Source: a bacterium (lineage in GTDB: Bacteria; Margulisbacteria; Marinamargulisbacteria; JAHFDA01). From it: 64,000 nt of DNA. Of this stretch, positions 1 to 9,789 are shown piece by piece (the first letter of the stretch is position 1; every line of letters starts with the position of its first letter). The notes below the pieces were generated by a model, which ran no database searches, was not told the origin of the DNA, and saw only the letters and a list, made by a program, of their open reading frames with translations. The translations under genes were made by a program, and so were the position numbers. The DNA is taken from the NCBI GenBank assembly GCA_023249225.1, contig JAHFDA010000005.1, positions 7,995 through 71,994 of the forward strand, given 5' to 3'.

Positions 1-2124
1 GGGACAAAACGCGGACAGGGTAAGGTTGTTGACGTTGGCCTCGACATAATGGAAGGGCATGAACAGCTGCCAGGGCTGTACGGTGGCGGTAATACGCACC
101 TGTACATCGCGCACCTGCCCCCGGTCAGAATAAATATGAATGTGATCCAGCGGCGTAATTTCGTAAAAGGCGGCCGTTTCGGGATTAATTTCCACCCAGG
201 CAATGGGCGCCAGCTTTTCCAGTATCGGCACGTTGCCGGTTTTGGTGCGTGTGTGCCAGTGCTCCACCGTGCGCCCGGTGTTTAGAATCAGCCGCGACGG
301 CGCTTCGGCTGCTTCGGGCATTGGTTCCGAGTGCACGGCCCAAAGTTTGGCCTTGCCGTCTTCGGTCTCAAATTGTCCGTCGTGGTACAGGCTGTCTTTG
401 CCATCGGGATGCTCTGCATTGCAGGGCCACTGGATGCCGCCCTTGCGCTCCATTGCTTCGTAGGACATGCCGCTGTAATCGCACAGGCGTCCGGCGGACA
501 CGGCCTTCATTTCTTCAAAGGCATCAGCAGACGTCTGCCAGTTGGGAAAAATCTTTTCGGTCACATTGAACGCAGCGGCAATGCGCATGAAAATCTCAAA
601 ATCAGTTTTCGCTTCGCCGGGCGCATCCACGGCCTTGCGCACACGGCTGGCGCGGCGTTCGCTGTTGGTAAAGCTGCCGTCTTTTTCGCCCCAGATTGCG
701 GCGGGCAAAACCAAATCGGCCATTTCTGTAGTCGGTGTGGGATGAAAGCCGTCCTGCGCCACCAAAAATTCCAAACCGGTACAAGCCTCGCGCAATTTGC
801 CTTGATTGGGAAAGCTGACCCAGGGGTTGGTGCCAATCACCCACAGGGCTTTGATGTCGCCGCGCTGTATGCCGTCGATGATGTCCGGATAAGCCCAACC
901 GCGCTGCGTCGGTAATGCAGAAGCATCCATCCCCCACAAGGCCGCGAGTTCCTGACGGTCGCCGGCGCTGTCGTACTTGCGGTAACCGGGCATGGAAGCG
1001 GTAAAACCAAACTCGCGCGTGCCCATGGCGTTGCACTGCCCCGTAATCGACATGGGCGCCGATCCAGTGCGTCCGATGTGGCCAGTAATCAGGGCCAGGG
1101 TGTTGATGAGGCTGACCGTATCGGTACCCTGCGTACTTTGGTTGACGCCCATGGTCCAGGCAAAAAAGGCCCGTTTGGCCTGCAAGATCGCATCAGCCGT
1201 GGCCTCAATCGCCTCAATGCTTAAACCAGTGGCTTTGGAAACAAGCTCCGGCGTATAGGCGGCCGCATGCGCCTTGAGCTGATCGAATCCGACGGTATGC
1301 GCATTTACAAAATTCTGATCCACCCCGTTTTTTTTGATGATCAGGTGAATCAGCCCGTTGAGCAAATCGACGTCTCCGCGCGGACGGATGGGCAGATAAA
1401 GATCGGCGAACATGGCGGTTTTGGTTTTACGCGGGTCGCACACGATCAGCTTTTTGTGTTGGTTTTTAAGCAGCCGATACCACAAAATCGGATGGTTGTC
1501 GGCGATATTTGCTCCAATCAAAAAAACGAGATCCGCGGTTTCGAGGCCTTGATACGAGCCCGGGGGTCCGTCCGAACCAAAACTTTGCTTGTAACCGGAT
1601 GCCGCCGAGCTCATGCATAACGTGGTGTTGCCATCAAAATGTTTTACCCCCATGCCAAGGCGCGCCAGCTTGCCGAGCGTATAAAATTCTTCCGTGACCA
1701 GTTGACCCGTGGAAAGTATCGCCACGCTTTCAGGCCCGTGTTGTGCCCGAATACGCTGCCAGCGTTCCGCCATGGTTTTGAGGGCCTCGTTCCAGTCCAC
1801 GCGTTCCAAAACCCCGGCGGAATTTTTAAGCAGCGGGTAAAGCGCGCGGTTTTCGCTTTTGAGCATGTAATGTTCGCTTAAACCCTTGGGACACAGTTTG
1901 CCTTCGTTGACCGGATGCTCCGCGTCGCCATGCACTGCAATCACTTCGTTGTCTTTAACTCCCAAAACCATGCCGCAACCCACGGAACAATAGCCGCAGG
2001 TGCTTTTAATCCAACGCTGCGGAATTTTTCGCGCCTGGGTATAGCCGTAAACCGAGTCGTAATCGTAGCGGTAATGCTCCCGCCGATTATCCACTCCCAA
2101 CCAGCGTTTGAGCTTTGCGAGCAT
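1..2124 (-). CDS. Molybdopterin oxidoreductase, assimilatory nitrate reductase (NasA/NarB-type) catalytic subunit; 3' end runs off the window
   Basis: Manual translation from ATG 2124 (TGATG overlap with the upstream gene): MLAKLKRWLG...STCGYCSVGCG...HPVNEGKLCPKG ([4Fe-4S] motif), ending ...MPFHYVEANVNNLT at the window edge. Next to nirB, narK, mobA and moeA. Absent from the ORF track because there is no stop in the window. Confidence 0.9.
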   Translation of the reverse strand, partial: MLAKLKRWLGVDNRREHYRYDYDSVYGYTQARKIPQRWIKSTCGYCSVGCGMVLGVKDNEVIAVHGDAEHPVNEGKLCPKGLSEHYMLKSENRALYPLLKNSAGVLERVDWNEALKTMAERWQRIRAQHGPESVAILSTGQLVTEEFYTLGKLARLGMGVKHFDGNTTLCMSSAASGYKQSFGSDGPPGSYQGLETADLVFLIGANIADNHPILWYRLLKNQHKKLIVCDPRKTKTAMFADLYLPIRPRGDVDLLNGLIHLIIKKNGVDQNFVNAHTVGFDQLKAHAAAYTPELVSKATGLSIEAIEATADAILQAKRAFFAWTMGVNQSTQGTDTVSLINTLALITGHIGRTGSAPMSITGQCNAMGTREFGFTASMPGYRKYDSAGDRQELAALWGMDASALPTQRGWAYPDIIDGIQRGDIKALWVIGTNPWVSFPNQGKLREACTGLEFLVAQDGFHPTPTTEMADLVLPAAIWGEKDGSFTNSERRASRVRKAVDAPGEAKTDFEIFMRIAAAFNVTEKIFPNWQTSADAFEEMKAVSAGRLCDYSGMSYEAMERKGGIQWPCNAEHPDGKDSLYHDGQFETEDGKAKLWAVHSEPMPEAAEAPSRLILNTGRTVEHWHTRTKTGNVPILEKLAPIAWVEINPETAAFYEITPLDHIHIYSDRGQVRDVQVRITATVQPWQLFMPFHYVEANVNNLTLSAFCP

Positions 2125-3773
2125 CAGCGTGGGGCTCCAGCGGCCTGCTGGGCGGCGATCAAAAAGTTGCCCGGAATATTTTTAGGCACGACCGTCACAT
2201 AAAACAGGTAACGCGTGATCAGGCTGTAAGCAACCTGCACGGCCAGCGTCCCAAATAAAAACAGCACGTCGTAGGCCGAAGTCACTGCGCCACGCACGGT
2301 CAGCCAGTAAAACAGCAGTATCAGTGTGCTGCCCGCCAGCACATTGCGCAGTCCGCGCAGGCGGTAAAACCATTGCGTATACAACTGAGCCGTGGCCTTG
2401 AGTTCATCCACTGCGCTGTGGGCGCGTTGTTTCAATGTATAAGCGTTCAGTACAGATTTCAGCGCAAGGACAATTCCGCAACTGGCCAGGGAAAAACAAA
2501 GATAAACACGGTAGGACTCGGCCGGACGCTGCGTTAAAAATCCGGACAGCGCCAGCGCACAGGCCACCGTCAACGGACCCAAAATCAAGGCGGTCGAATA
2601 AAAATTCCATGTGGTTTTAACGCTGTTCCACGCGGGCCGGGCGGGTACGCGGTAAATGCGCGAACTGGCGTAGATCCCTATTAAGCCGCTGACACAGGTG
2701 GATGCTCCGAGTAGCCAGCGTAGGGGCGAAGCGCCCCAAACAGCGCTATTCAGCCAGCCAAGGCCATCGGTCAGGAGCAAAAATACGACATATAACGAGG
2801 CCATTTGGGCGAACAAGCCCAGGGCCAGCACTTCCCGCGAAAGCCATGATGTCCGCCAACACTTGATGGCCCGGTAAGCGTAAATGGGTCGCCCCAAATG
2901 CAGCGTCGAGGCCAGCAGTGACACTAACGTTACCGCCAGCATGGAGGCCGAAAAATAAACCGTGGTCTTGCCCCACGGATTGGCTGCGGAGAGCGTGAGG
3001 TGTTGCAACACGTCAAAAAGAAAGGCAAAGATAAAGCCCCCCACGGCCATTTGGGTAAAGATGGTCATGGCAATCAGCGGAGAATGTGGCTGTTCGGGAT
3101 GCACCAGCGCCTGGTCTACTTTTTTAAAGTCAGCGATGTTCATTCCGACTGGCAGGGTGATTTTGGTGGACGGAATGGTAATGGCCGGATCCGGCATGGC
3201 GGGACCCTGCCCCACTTCCATATATGTAGCTAAAACCTCCCCCACGGTAACCTTTTCGATTTTGATGGCTTCGGCTGGACAGGCTTGAACACAAGCGGGA
3301 TCCTGTCCGGCTTCCAAGCGGTTGTGGCACATGTCACATTTGGTCACAATGCCCCGGTCGGCTTGATACACCGGCACCCCGTAAGGGCAGGCCCAGGTGC
3401 AGTACTGGCAACCAATGCAGCTCTCGTCATCGTGTATCACCACGCCTTTATCGGTGACGTGATACGAATCTGTAGGACAAGCCGACATGCAGGCAGCATC
3501 CAGACAGTGGTTGCAGCCGCTGGAGACAAACAACTTTTGCGTATGCGGAAAAGAGCCCGCTTCCACCTCACCCACCCGCCGCCACACGTGTTCGGGTGAA
3601 AGACCGTTTTGTTCGGCACAAGCTACCTCGCAGGAATGGCAGCCAATACATTGATCCATATGGAAATGGAAGCGCCACTGTTCTTGAGCCGGGTTACGCA
3701 AACCGGGTATATGGGGAACTGAAACGGGTTTACCACTAGGCGTTGTTGCGACCACTGTTTTTAAGACTCGCAC
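2124..3773 (-). CDS. DmsB-like 4Fe-4S protein fused to a DmsC/YnfH-type membrane anchor
   Basis: Four ferredoxin Cys motifs (CIGCHSCEVAC, CNHCLDAACMSACP, CIGCQYCTWACP, KCDMC...CVQACP) followed by a multi-TM domain with the DmsC signature SxxHLGRP...SWLSRE. Confidence 0.88.
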   Translation of the reverse strand: MRVLKTVVATTPSGKPVSVPHIPGLRNPAQEQWRFHFHMDQCIGCHSCEVACAEQNGLSPEHVWRRVGEVEAGSFPHTQKLFVSSGCNHCLDAACMSACPTDSYHVTDKGVVIHDDESCIGCQYCTWACPYGVPVYQADRGIVTKCDMCHNRLEAGQDPACVQACPAEAIKIEKVTVGEVLATYMEVGQGPAMPDPAITIPSTKITLPVGMNIADFKKVDQALVHPEQPHSPLIAMTIFTQMAVGGFIFAFLFDVLQHLTLSAANPWGKTTVYFSASMLAVTLVSLLASTLHLGRPIYAYRAIKCWRTSWLSREVLALGLFAQMASLYVVFLLLTDGLGWLNSAVWGASPLRWLLGASTCVSGLIGIYASSRIYRVPARPAWNSVKTTWNFYSTALILGPLTVACALALSGFLTQRPAESYRVYLCFSLASCGIVLALKSVLNAYTLKQRAHSAVDELKATAQLYTQWFYRLRGLRNVLAGSTLILLFYWLTVRGAVTSAYDVLFLFGTLAVQVAYSLITRYLFYVTVVPKNIPGNFLIAAQQAAGAPR

Positions 3774-3866
3774 TTTTTATACCAATAGATACACATAAAA
3801 ACCCAATGTAATTAATACAAAAATGTAGAAAGATACTAAATTGTAGTATTTTATTGGTTTTTTAAG

Positions 3867-3882
3867 TGGCATAAAGTCTGCA
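3867..3882 (+). promoter_or_regulatory. Putative sigma54 (-24/-12) promoter of the nirB-narK operon
   Basis: TGGCAT-AAAGT-CTGCA matches TGGCAC-N5-TTGCA, 16 nt before the nirB ATG in an AT-rich divergent intergenic region. Confidence 0.6.
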
Positions 3883-3898
3883 TCCTTACTTTGGACAA

Positions 3899-6829
3899 AT
3901 GGGTATGCACAGCCAGGCTTCCGCACTTCCTTCAATCATCGTTGTTGGCAATGGCATGGTGGGCCATAAGTTTGTTGAAAAAATGGTGGCCAAAGGTGGG
4001 CATGAACGTTACCGCATCACGGTCATTGGCGAAGAAACCATGCATGCCTATGACCGTGTGCACCTCACCAGTTATTTTTCCGGAAAATCAGCCGACGACT
4101 TGCAACTGACGCCACGCACCTGGTACGAACAAAACGGCATCACGCACGTGACTGGTGAAAAAGTGGTGCTGATCGACCGGGAGCAACGGTGCGTGCGTAC
4201 CTCCCAGGATCGAGTATTGTTTTACGACCACCTGGTGATGGCTACCGGATCGGCGCCGCTTGTGCCCGCCATTGCCGGTGTCGATAAAAACGGTGTTTTT
4301 GTTTATCGCACCATCGACGATTTGAAAGCGATCGAAGCCTTTAGCAAGCAAGCCCGTTGCGCCGCCGTCATTGGCGGAGGTTTGCTGGGGCTCGAAGCCG
4401 CGAAAGCCCTTGTTGATCTCGGCTTGCAAACGCACGTCATCGAATTTGCCGATCGTCTGATGCCCCGGCAGATTGATAACGCCGGGTCACGCTTTTTAGA
4501 AAACGAAATCAAAAAGCTGGGTGTGCAGATCCATTTATCCAAAAGCACCCAGGCCATTTTGGGCAATGGTCACGTGCAGGGCATGGCGTTTAACGACGCC
4601 AGCACTCTGGAAGTAGACATGGTGGTCGTCTCGGCCGGCATACGCCCGCGTGACGAGCTGGCGCGGGCATGTGGCCTGGAGGTCGGGCAACGTGGAGGCA
4701 TTGCGGTCAACGACCGTCTGCAAAGTTCTGACCCCGGCATCTACGCCATTGGCGAGGTAGCCCTGCACCAGAACATGATCTACGGCCTCGTGGCACCGGG
4801 CTATGCCATGGCGGAAGTACTCGCCCGCAATTTTATGGGCGAGGAACAATCGTTCCGTGGCGCTGATCTGTCGACCAAACTCAAACTGCTTGGCGTAGAA
4901 GTGGCCAACATTGGCAGCACCGCCAGTGACGATGCCTCCTGTCTTCCGATCATTTATCAGGACCACCAAAAAGGCGTTTATCAAAAACTGTTCATCAGTT
5001 CCGACGGACGCCAGCTTAAGGGTGCCATCCTGGTAGGCGATGCTTCGCCTTATCATCAGCTCTATCAGATTTATGCCGGACAAACGCCCATGCCGGCCGC
5101 TGTGGACAGCCTCTTGTGGGGCGGTAAAACCGCAAGCACTACTCAAAGCGGTTCCCAAAATATGGCTGACCACGCGCAAGTCTGCGTTTGCGAAAACGTG
5201 TCCAAAGGCGTCATTTGCTCGGCGATACGTGAGCAAAAGCTCGACAAGATCTCCCAGATCAAATCAAGCACCAAGGCGGGCACGGGTTGCGGGGGTTGTG
5301 TGCCGCTGCTGAATGAGCTTTTGCAGGCCGAATTAAAAGCCCAGGGACAGGCCGTTAAAAAAACCATCTGCGAGCACTTTTTGTTTTCGCGCCACGAGTT
5401 GTTTGAGATCGTCAAAGTCAAAAAAATAAAAAGTTTCGAAGCGCTGTTGCAGAGTCACGGCCGTGGCCAGGGTTGCGAAGTGTGCAAACCGGCGGTCGCC
5501 TCCATTCTGGCCGGGATATGGAACGAGTGGATCATTGATCATCAAAATATCCAGGATACCAACGACCGCTACCTGGCCAACATCCAGCGCGGAGGCACCT
5601 ACTCCATCATTCCGCGCGTGCCGGGCGGCGAAATTACGCCGGACAAGCTTATCGCTCTGGGTGCCATTGCTAAACAATACGACCTCTACTGCAAAATCAC
5701 GGGCGGGCAGCGCATAGATTTACTCGGTGCGCGCGTGGAGCAACTTCCTTCTATATGGGAAGCTTTGGTAGAGGCCGGTTTTGAAAGTGGTCATGCCTAC
5801 GGCAAGGCCATGCGCACCGTTAAAAGCTGCATTGGCACAACGTGGTGCCGTTACGGCGTGCAAGATTCCACGTCCTTTGCCATCCGCATCGAAGAACGTT
5901 ACCGTGGCATCCGCGCCCCGCACAAACTCAAGGCCGCCGCATCGGGCTGCATGCGCGAGTGCGCCGAAGCCCAGTGCAAGGACTTTGGCGTGGTGGCTAC
6001 CGAAAAAGGCTGGAACCTGTTTGTGTGCGGCAACGGCGGGGCCAAGCCCCAGCACGCCCAGCTTTTGGCCACGGATATTGATGAAGACACCTGCATCAAG
6101 TACCTCGACCGATTTCTGATGTACTACATCCAAACCGCCGACCCGCTGACGCGCACCGCCCCCTGGCTAAACAAACTCGAAGGCGGCATGGATCACATCA
6201 AGGCCGTGGTGATTGCGGACGAGTTGGGTATTTGCGCGCAACTCGAAAAAGACATGGCGTACCTGGTAGACGGCTACCAGTGCGAGTGGAAGATGGTGGT
6301 CGAAGATCCTGAAAAGCGCCGTCTGTTTACGCACTTTATCAACAGCTCCGAAGCGGATCCAGCGTTGCAGTTTGTGGAAGAACGTGGACAAAAGCGCCCC
6401 GCCGACTGGGCCGACCACTCCGAGAGTCAGACCCAGCTTTCCGTCGGCCCGCTGGCCTGGTACGCCGTGGCACCTGTGATTGCCTTTCCGGAAAATGCCG
6501 GCGTGGCGGTCAAATACGGTAATACTCAAATCGCCGTATTCAACTTTAACCATCGTCAAAATTGGTACGCCAGCCAGAACATGTGTCCGCACCGAAAGGA
6601 TATGACGCTGGCGCGCGGGCTGCTCGGATCCCACGGCGAGGATCCCAAGGTGGCCTGCCCGCTGCACAAAAAAACCTTTAGCCTTACGCATGGCGGCTGT
6701 TTAAGCGGCGAGGACTATCGTATTCAAACCTTTCCGGTGAAAGTTGAAAACCAGCATGTATATGTGCAACTACCCAGCGTTGAAGTTTTGGAGGAGAAAA
6801 CTTGCGAAAAGAGTCTGGCATGTCCGTAG
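3899..6829 (+). CDS. nirB: NAD(P)H nitrite reductase large subunit fused to a C-terminal NirD Rieske domain
   Basis: GNGMVG FAD motif, GGGLLGLE NAD motif, two BFD-like Cys clusters, siroheme/4Fe-4S motifs (CIGTTWC, GCMREC), then a NirD-like domain with CPH...CPLH. Confidence 0.95.
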   Translation: MGMHSQASALPSIIVVGNGMVGHKFVEKMVAKGGHERYRITVIGEETMHAYDRVHLTSYFSGKSADDLQLTPRTWYEQNGITHVTGEKVVLIDREQRCVRTSQDRVLFYDHLVMATGSAPLVPAIAGVDKNGVFVYRTIDDLKAIEAFSKQARCAAVIGGGLLGLEAAKALVDLGLQTHVIEFADRLMPRQIDNAGSRFLENEIKKLGVQIHLSKSTQAILGNGHVQGMAFNDASTLEVDMVVVSAGIRPRDELARACGLEVGQRGGIAVNDRLQSSDPGIYAIGEVALHQNMIYGLVAPGYAMAEVLARNFMGEEQSFRGADLSTKLKLLGVEVANIGSTASDDASCLPIIYQDHQKGVYQKLFISSDGRQLKGAILVGDASPYHQLYQIYAGQTPMPAAVDSLLWGGKTASTTQSGSQNMADHAQVCVCENVSKGVICSAIREQKLDKISQIKSSTKAGTGCGGCVPLLNELLQAELKAQGQAVKKTICEHFLFSRHELFEIVKVKKIKSFEALLQSHGRGQGCEVCKPAVASILAGIWNEWIIDHQNIQDTNDRYLANIQRGGTYSIIPRVPGGEITPDKLIALGAIAKQYDLYCKITGGQRIDLLGARVEQLPSIWEALVEAGFESGHAYGKAMRTVKSCIGTTWCRYGVQDSTSFAIRIEERYRGIRAPHKLKAAASGCMRECAEAQCKDFGVVATEKGWNLFVCGNGGAKPQHAQLLATDIDEDTCIKYLDRFLMYYIQTADPLTRTAPWLNKLEGGMDHIKAVVIADELGICAQLEKDMAYLVDGYQCEWKMVVEDPEKRRLFTHFINSSEADPALQFVEERGQKRPADWADHSESQTQLSVGPLAWYAVAPVIAFPENAGVAVKYGNTQIAVFNFNHRQNWYASQNMCPHRKDMTLARGLLGSHGEDPKVACPLHKKTFSLTHGGCLSGEDYRIQTFPVKVENQHVYVQLPSVEVLEEKTCEKSLACP

Positions 6830-8247
6830 AAATCGCCACCTTGCCACCCATCGACCACACATGCACAGCATCTGCCGCAGGATCAGCCATCGAACTTTGG
6901 AATCCGGAGGATCACGAATTTTGGCGCATCCGGGGCCAATACGTGGCGAGGCGCAATCTGGTATTTTCTATTTTTGCGGAATTTTTGGCCTTTTCGGTGT
7001 GGCAGCTATGGAGCATTTTGGTGGTCAAATTTCCTGCCCTGGGATTTCCGTTTGATACAAATCAATTATTCTGGCTGGCGGCGGTACCTGGGCTGACCGG
7101 CGCAACGCTGCGCATTCCATACGCGCTGGCCGTCTCGCGCCTGGGCGGACGCAACTGGACGCTGATCAGCACAGCGCTCCTGCTTCTCCCGGCCATTGGA
7201 ATCGGTTATTGCGTTCAAGATCCGCATACGTCTTATGGCGTCTTTTTAACGCTGGCGCTGCTGTGCGGTTTTGGCGGCGGCAGCTTTGCCTCCAGCATGG
7301 CCAACATCAATCACTTTTTTCCCAAACGACTCAAAGGAGTAGCCCTTGGATTAAACGCGGCCGGAGGAAACATTGGCGTCAGCGTGGTGCAGTGGCTGGC
7401 ACCGCTTGCCATGGTGGTTCCCTTGTTTGGCGCATGGGGTGGAGCGCCGCAGATACTTTCAGGAACACAATCGGTCTGGTTGCAAAACGTGGCGTGGATC
7501 TGGGTTCCGCTGATTGCCATGGCGCTGCTGACCACCTGGTTTTTTATGGATAACCTGCCGGTGGCAAAAGCCTCGTTTAAGGAGCAGATTCCGGTGTTCA
7601 AACAAAAGCACAGCTGGATACTCTCGTGGATGTATCTTGGAACTTTCGGTTCGTTTATCGGCTACTCTGCCGGCTTTCCGCTGCTGATCAAGTCGCAGTT
7701 TGCGGGCGTTAATCCGCTGCAGTTTGCTTTTCTGGGCCCACTGGTCGGCGCGATGATCCGTCCCGTGGGCGGTTGGCTTGCCGATAAATTTGGCGGCGCG
7801 CGGGTTACGTTTTGGAATTTTATTTTGATGACCGTGGCCACGTTAGGCGTGGTTTACTTTTTGAATATCAAGGATCAGCCGGGTGCTTTTGCGGGGTTCT
7901 TTGTGATGTTCATGATTTTGTTTTTTGCGGCGGGCATCGGCAACGGCTCCATTTACCGCATGGTGCCGGTTATATTTCTCACGTTGCGGCAGCGCAAGCA
8001 GGCCACCCATTCCGTCAGCGGCAGTGACTTGGCGCAGTTGGCCAACAAAGAAGCCGGAGTGGCCATTGGACTGACCTCGGCCATTGCTGCGTATGGCGCT
8101 TTTTTTGTTCCGAAAAGTTACGGCAGCGCCATTGCCCTTACCGGTACGCCGCAAATGGCCCTGCTGGGTTTTGTCGGATTCTATGTCACCTGCCTGGTCA
8201 TTAACTGGTGGTTTTATTTTCGGAGGCGCGCGGAGATTCAGTGTTGA
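6820..8247 (+). CDS. narK: NarK-family nitrate/nitrite MFS transporter
   Basis: WNPEDxxFW, GFGGGxFASSM, GLNAAGGN and FGSFIGYS motifs; about 12 TM. Start placed at ATG 6820. Confidence 0.93.
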   Translation: MSVEIATLPPIDHTCTASAAGSAIELWNPEDHEFWRIRGQYVARRNLVFSIFAEFLAFSVWQLWSILVVKFPALGFPFDTNQLFWLAAVPGLTGATLRIPYALAVSRLGGRNWTLISTALLLLPAIGIGYCVQDPHTSYGVFLTLALLCGFGGGSFASSMANINHFFPKRLKGVALGLNAAGGNIGVSVVQWLAPLAMVVPLFGAWGGAPQILSGTQSVWLQNVAWIWVPLIAMALLTTWFFMDNLPVAKASFKEQIPVFKQKHSWILSWMYLGTFGSFIGYSAGFPLLIKSQFAGVNPLQFAFLGPLVGAMIRPVGGWLADKFGGARVTFWNFILMTVATLGVVYFLNIKDQPGAFAGFFVMFMILFFAAGIGNGSIYRMVPVIFLTLRQRKQATHSVSGSDLAQLANKEAGVAIGLTSAIAAYGAFFVPKSYGSAIALTGTPQMALLGFVGFYVTCLVINWWFYFRRRAEIQC

Positions 8248-8891
8248 CCGTTTTCATTCTGCTGGGAGGCCAAAGCCGTCGCATGGGCCAGCCCAAGCAG
8301 CTTGTTTCGCTGGGTTCCGAGCCTGCGTGGTTGCGGATGGTGCAGCTTGTAAGGTCCTTGCGACACGTGGATTCTCGTATCGTTTTAGTAGGCAAGCAAG
8401 CCCCGGATCATTTACCCGCAGACGTCACTTTTCTTCCGGACATATTGGACGCTCAAAATCCACTCATCGGAATTGCCACCGCTCTCGCCTGGACGCAAAG
8501 CGACTGGAATCTTATTTTGGCGGTCGACTATCCTTTACTTATTCCGGCTGTGATTGAAGCGCTCGAAGCTGCCAGAGCTTCCAATGATGACGTTTGTATT
8601 CCGTCCGAAGGCGATACATGGCATCCGCTGGTGGGTTTCTATCACCGCCGGGTGGCAAAAGTGGTCGAGCAGGCAGCGCAAAATCCGTCCGGGCGTGTGC
8701 GCGATTTTTTGCAGGGACTGCGCGTGCGTGTGGTTTCGCTGGATACTCTACTTCCGGAAAAATCCTTTCACGAGGCTTTGCTCAATATGAATTGTCCGGA
8801 GGATTTGCGTAAAGTCCAGCGTTTAGTCAGCCAGGATGATCAGCAAAGACCTTGTTCAAAATACAATGACATTCGTTTACATAATATGTAA
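8241..8891 (+). CDS. mobA: Molybdenum cofactor guanylyltransferase
   Basis: LLGGQSRRMGQPK, PLxGI, LAVDYP, HPLVGFY and NMNCPED motifs. GTG start overlaps the narK end. Confidence 0.85.
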   Translation: MLTVFILLGGQSRRMGQPKQLVSLGSEPAWLRMVQLVRSLRHVDSRIVLVGKQAPDHLPADVTFLPDILDAQNPLIGIATALAWTQSDWNLILAVDYPLLIPAVIEALEAARASNDDVCIPSEGDTWHPLVGFYHRRVAKVVEQAAQNPSGRVRDFLQGLRVRVVSLDTLLPEKSFHEALLNMNCPEDLRKVQRLVSQDDQQRPCSKYNDIRLHNM

Positions 8892-8901
8892 AATCTGTAA
8901 A

Positions 8902-9789
8902 ATGTCCGACCCCCATAATCAGCAACCTTTAGCAGAAGTATTTGGGTATCCCATAACAAACGAAAGCGAAAATGCAACGCGTTGTCGCCGACTGCGATTA
9001 TGTCCTTTTGGAAACAGGGTGCCTAATTGCACAAAAGATAAAGCCAATGACCCATTAGGGGTATGCAGTATTTTTGACGACAAAAATGTTGTAATTACCT
9101 GTCCGATAAGATTTAGAGAAAATTGGATTATCGCCGAAGATGCCGCGCAGTTCTTTTTTCCATCAAAAACCACCTGGACAACCTTGACAGAAGTACGTTT
9201 AAAAGACGCCCATGGTAAATCGGCGGGGAACATTGATGTGGTCATATGCGCGTACGATCATTTCGGTAAAGTGACTGACTTTGGAGCTTTAGAAGTTCAA
9301 GCGGTATATATTTCAGGCAATGTTAGAAATCCCTTTGAATTCTATATAAAAAATCCGAAAAAAAACAAAACCATGGTTTGGCAGGGTCACCCCAATTACC
9401 CCAACCCGGACTATCTGTCGTCTTCTCGAAAACGTCTGGCCCCTCAACTCATATACAAAGGCGGAATATTAAAAACCTGGAATAAAAAGGTTGCGGTTGC
9501 GCTGAACCGTGGTTTTTTTGAAACACTTCCGGTTTTAAATGAAGTTGCCCCCGAAAAGGCAGATATCGCCTGGTTTGTATACGATCTGGCTTTGGATAAA
9601 CGTTCCAATACCTTTAAATTAAAGCGTTACAAAAGCGTTTACACTAAGTTTGGCGATAGTCTGGAAAAAATAACCCGATCTGATCCCGGCGATATATCTG
9701 ACTTTATGGGATTGCTGCAGGAAAGAGTCGACGAAAAACTCGAGGGCAACAACCCCCCGGATACCCAAACCATCGATGTTACCTTCTAG
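8902..9789 (+). CDS. NotI-family type II restriction endonuclease
   Basis: EVFG, CPF..CxK, GVCS, ITCPxRF (Cys4 metal site), GNID and EVQAVYISG, SSRKRLAPQL motifs. Coupled to a methyltransferase gene. Confidence 0.8.
   Translation: MSDPHNQQPLAEVFGYPITNESENATRCRRLRLCPFGNRVPNCTKDKANDPLGVCSIFDDKNVVITCPIRFRENWIIAEDAAQFFFPSKTTWTTLTEVRLKDAHGKSAGNIDVVICAYDHFGKVTDFGALEVQAVYISGNVRNPFEFYIKNPKKNKTMVWQGHPNYPNPDYLSSSRKRLAPQLIYKGGILKTWNKKVAVALNRGFFETLPVLNEVAPEKADIAWFVYDLALDKRSNTFKLKRYKSVYTKFGDSLEKITRSDPGDISDFMGLLQERVDEKLEGNNPPDTQTIDVTF

Noticed and set aside
49..2202. Plus-strand ORFs over the first 2.2 kb, and similar short shadow ORFs throughout
   Set aside because: They are antisense or alternate-frame shadows of well-supported genes and carry no recognisable motifs.
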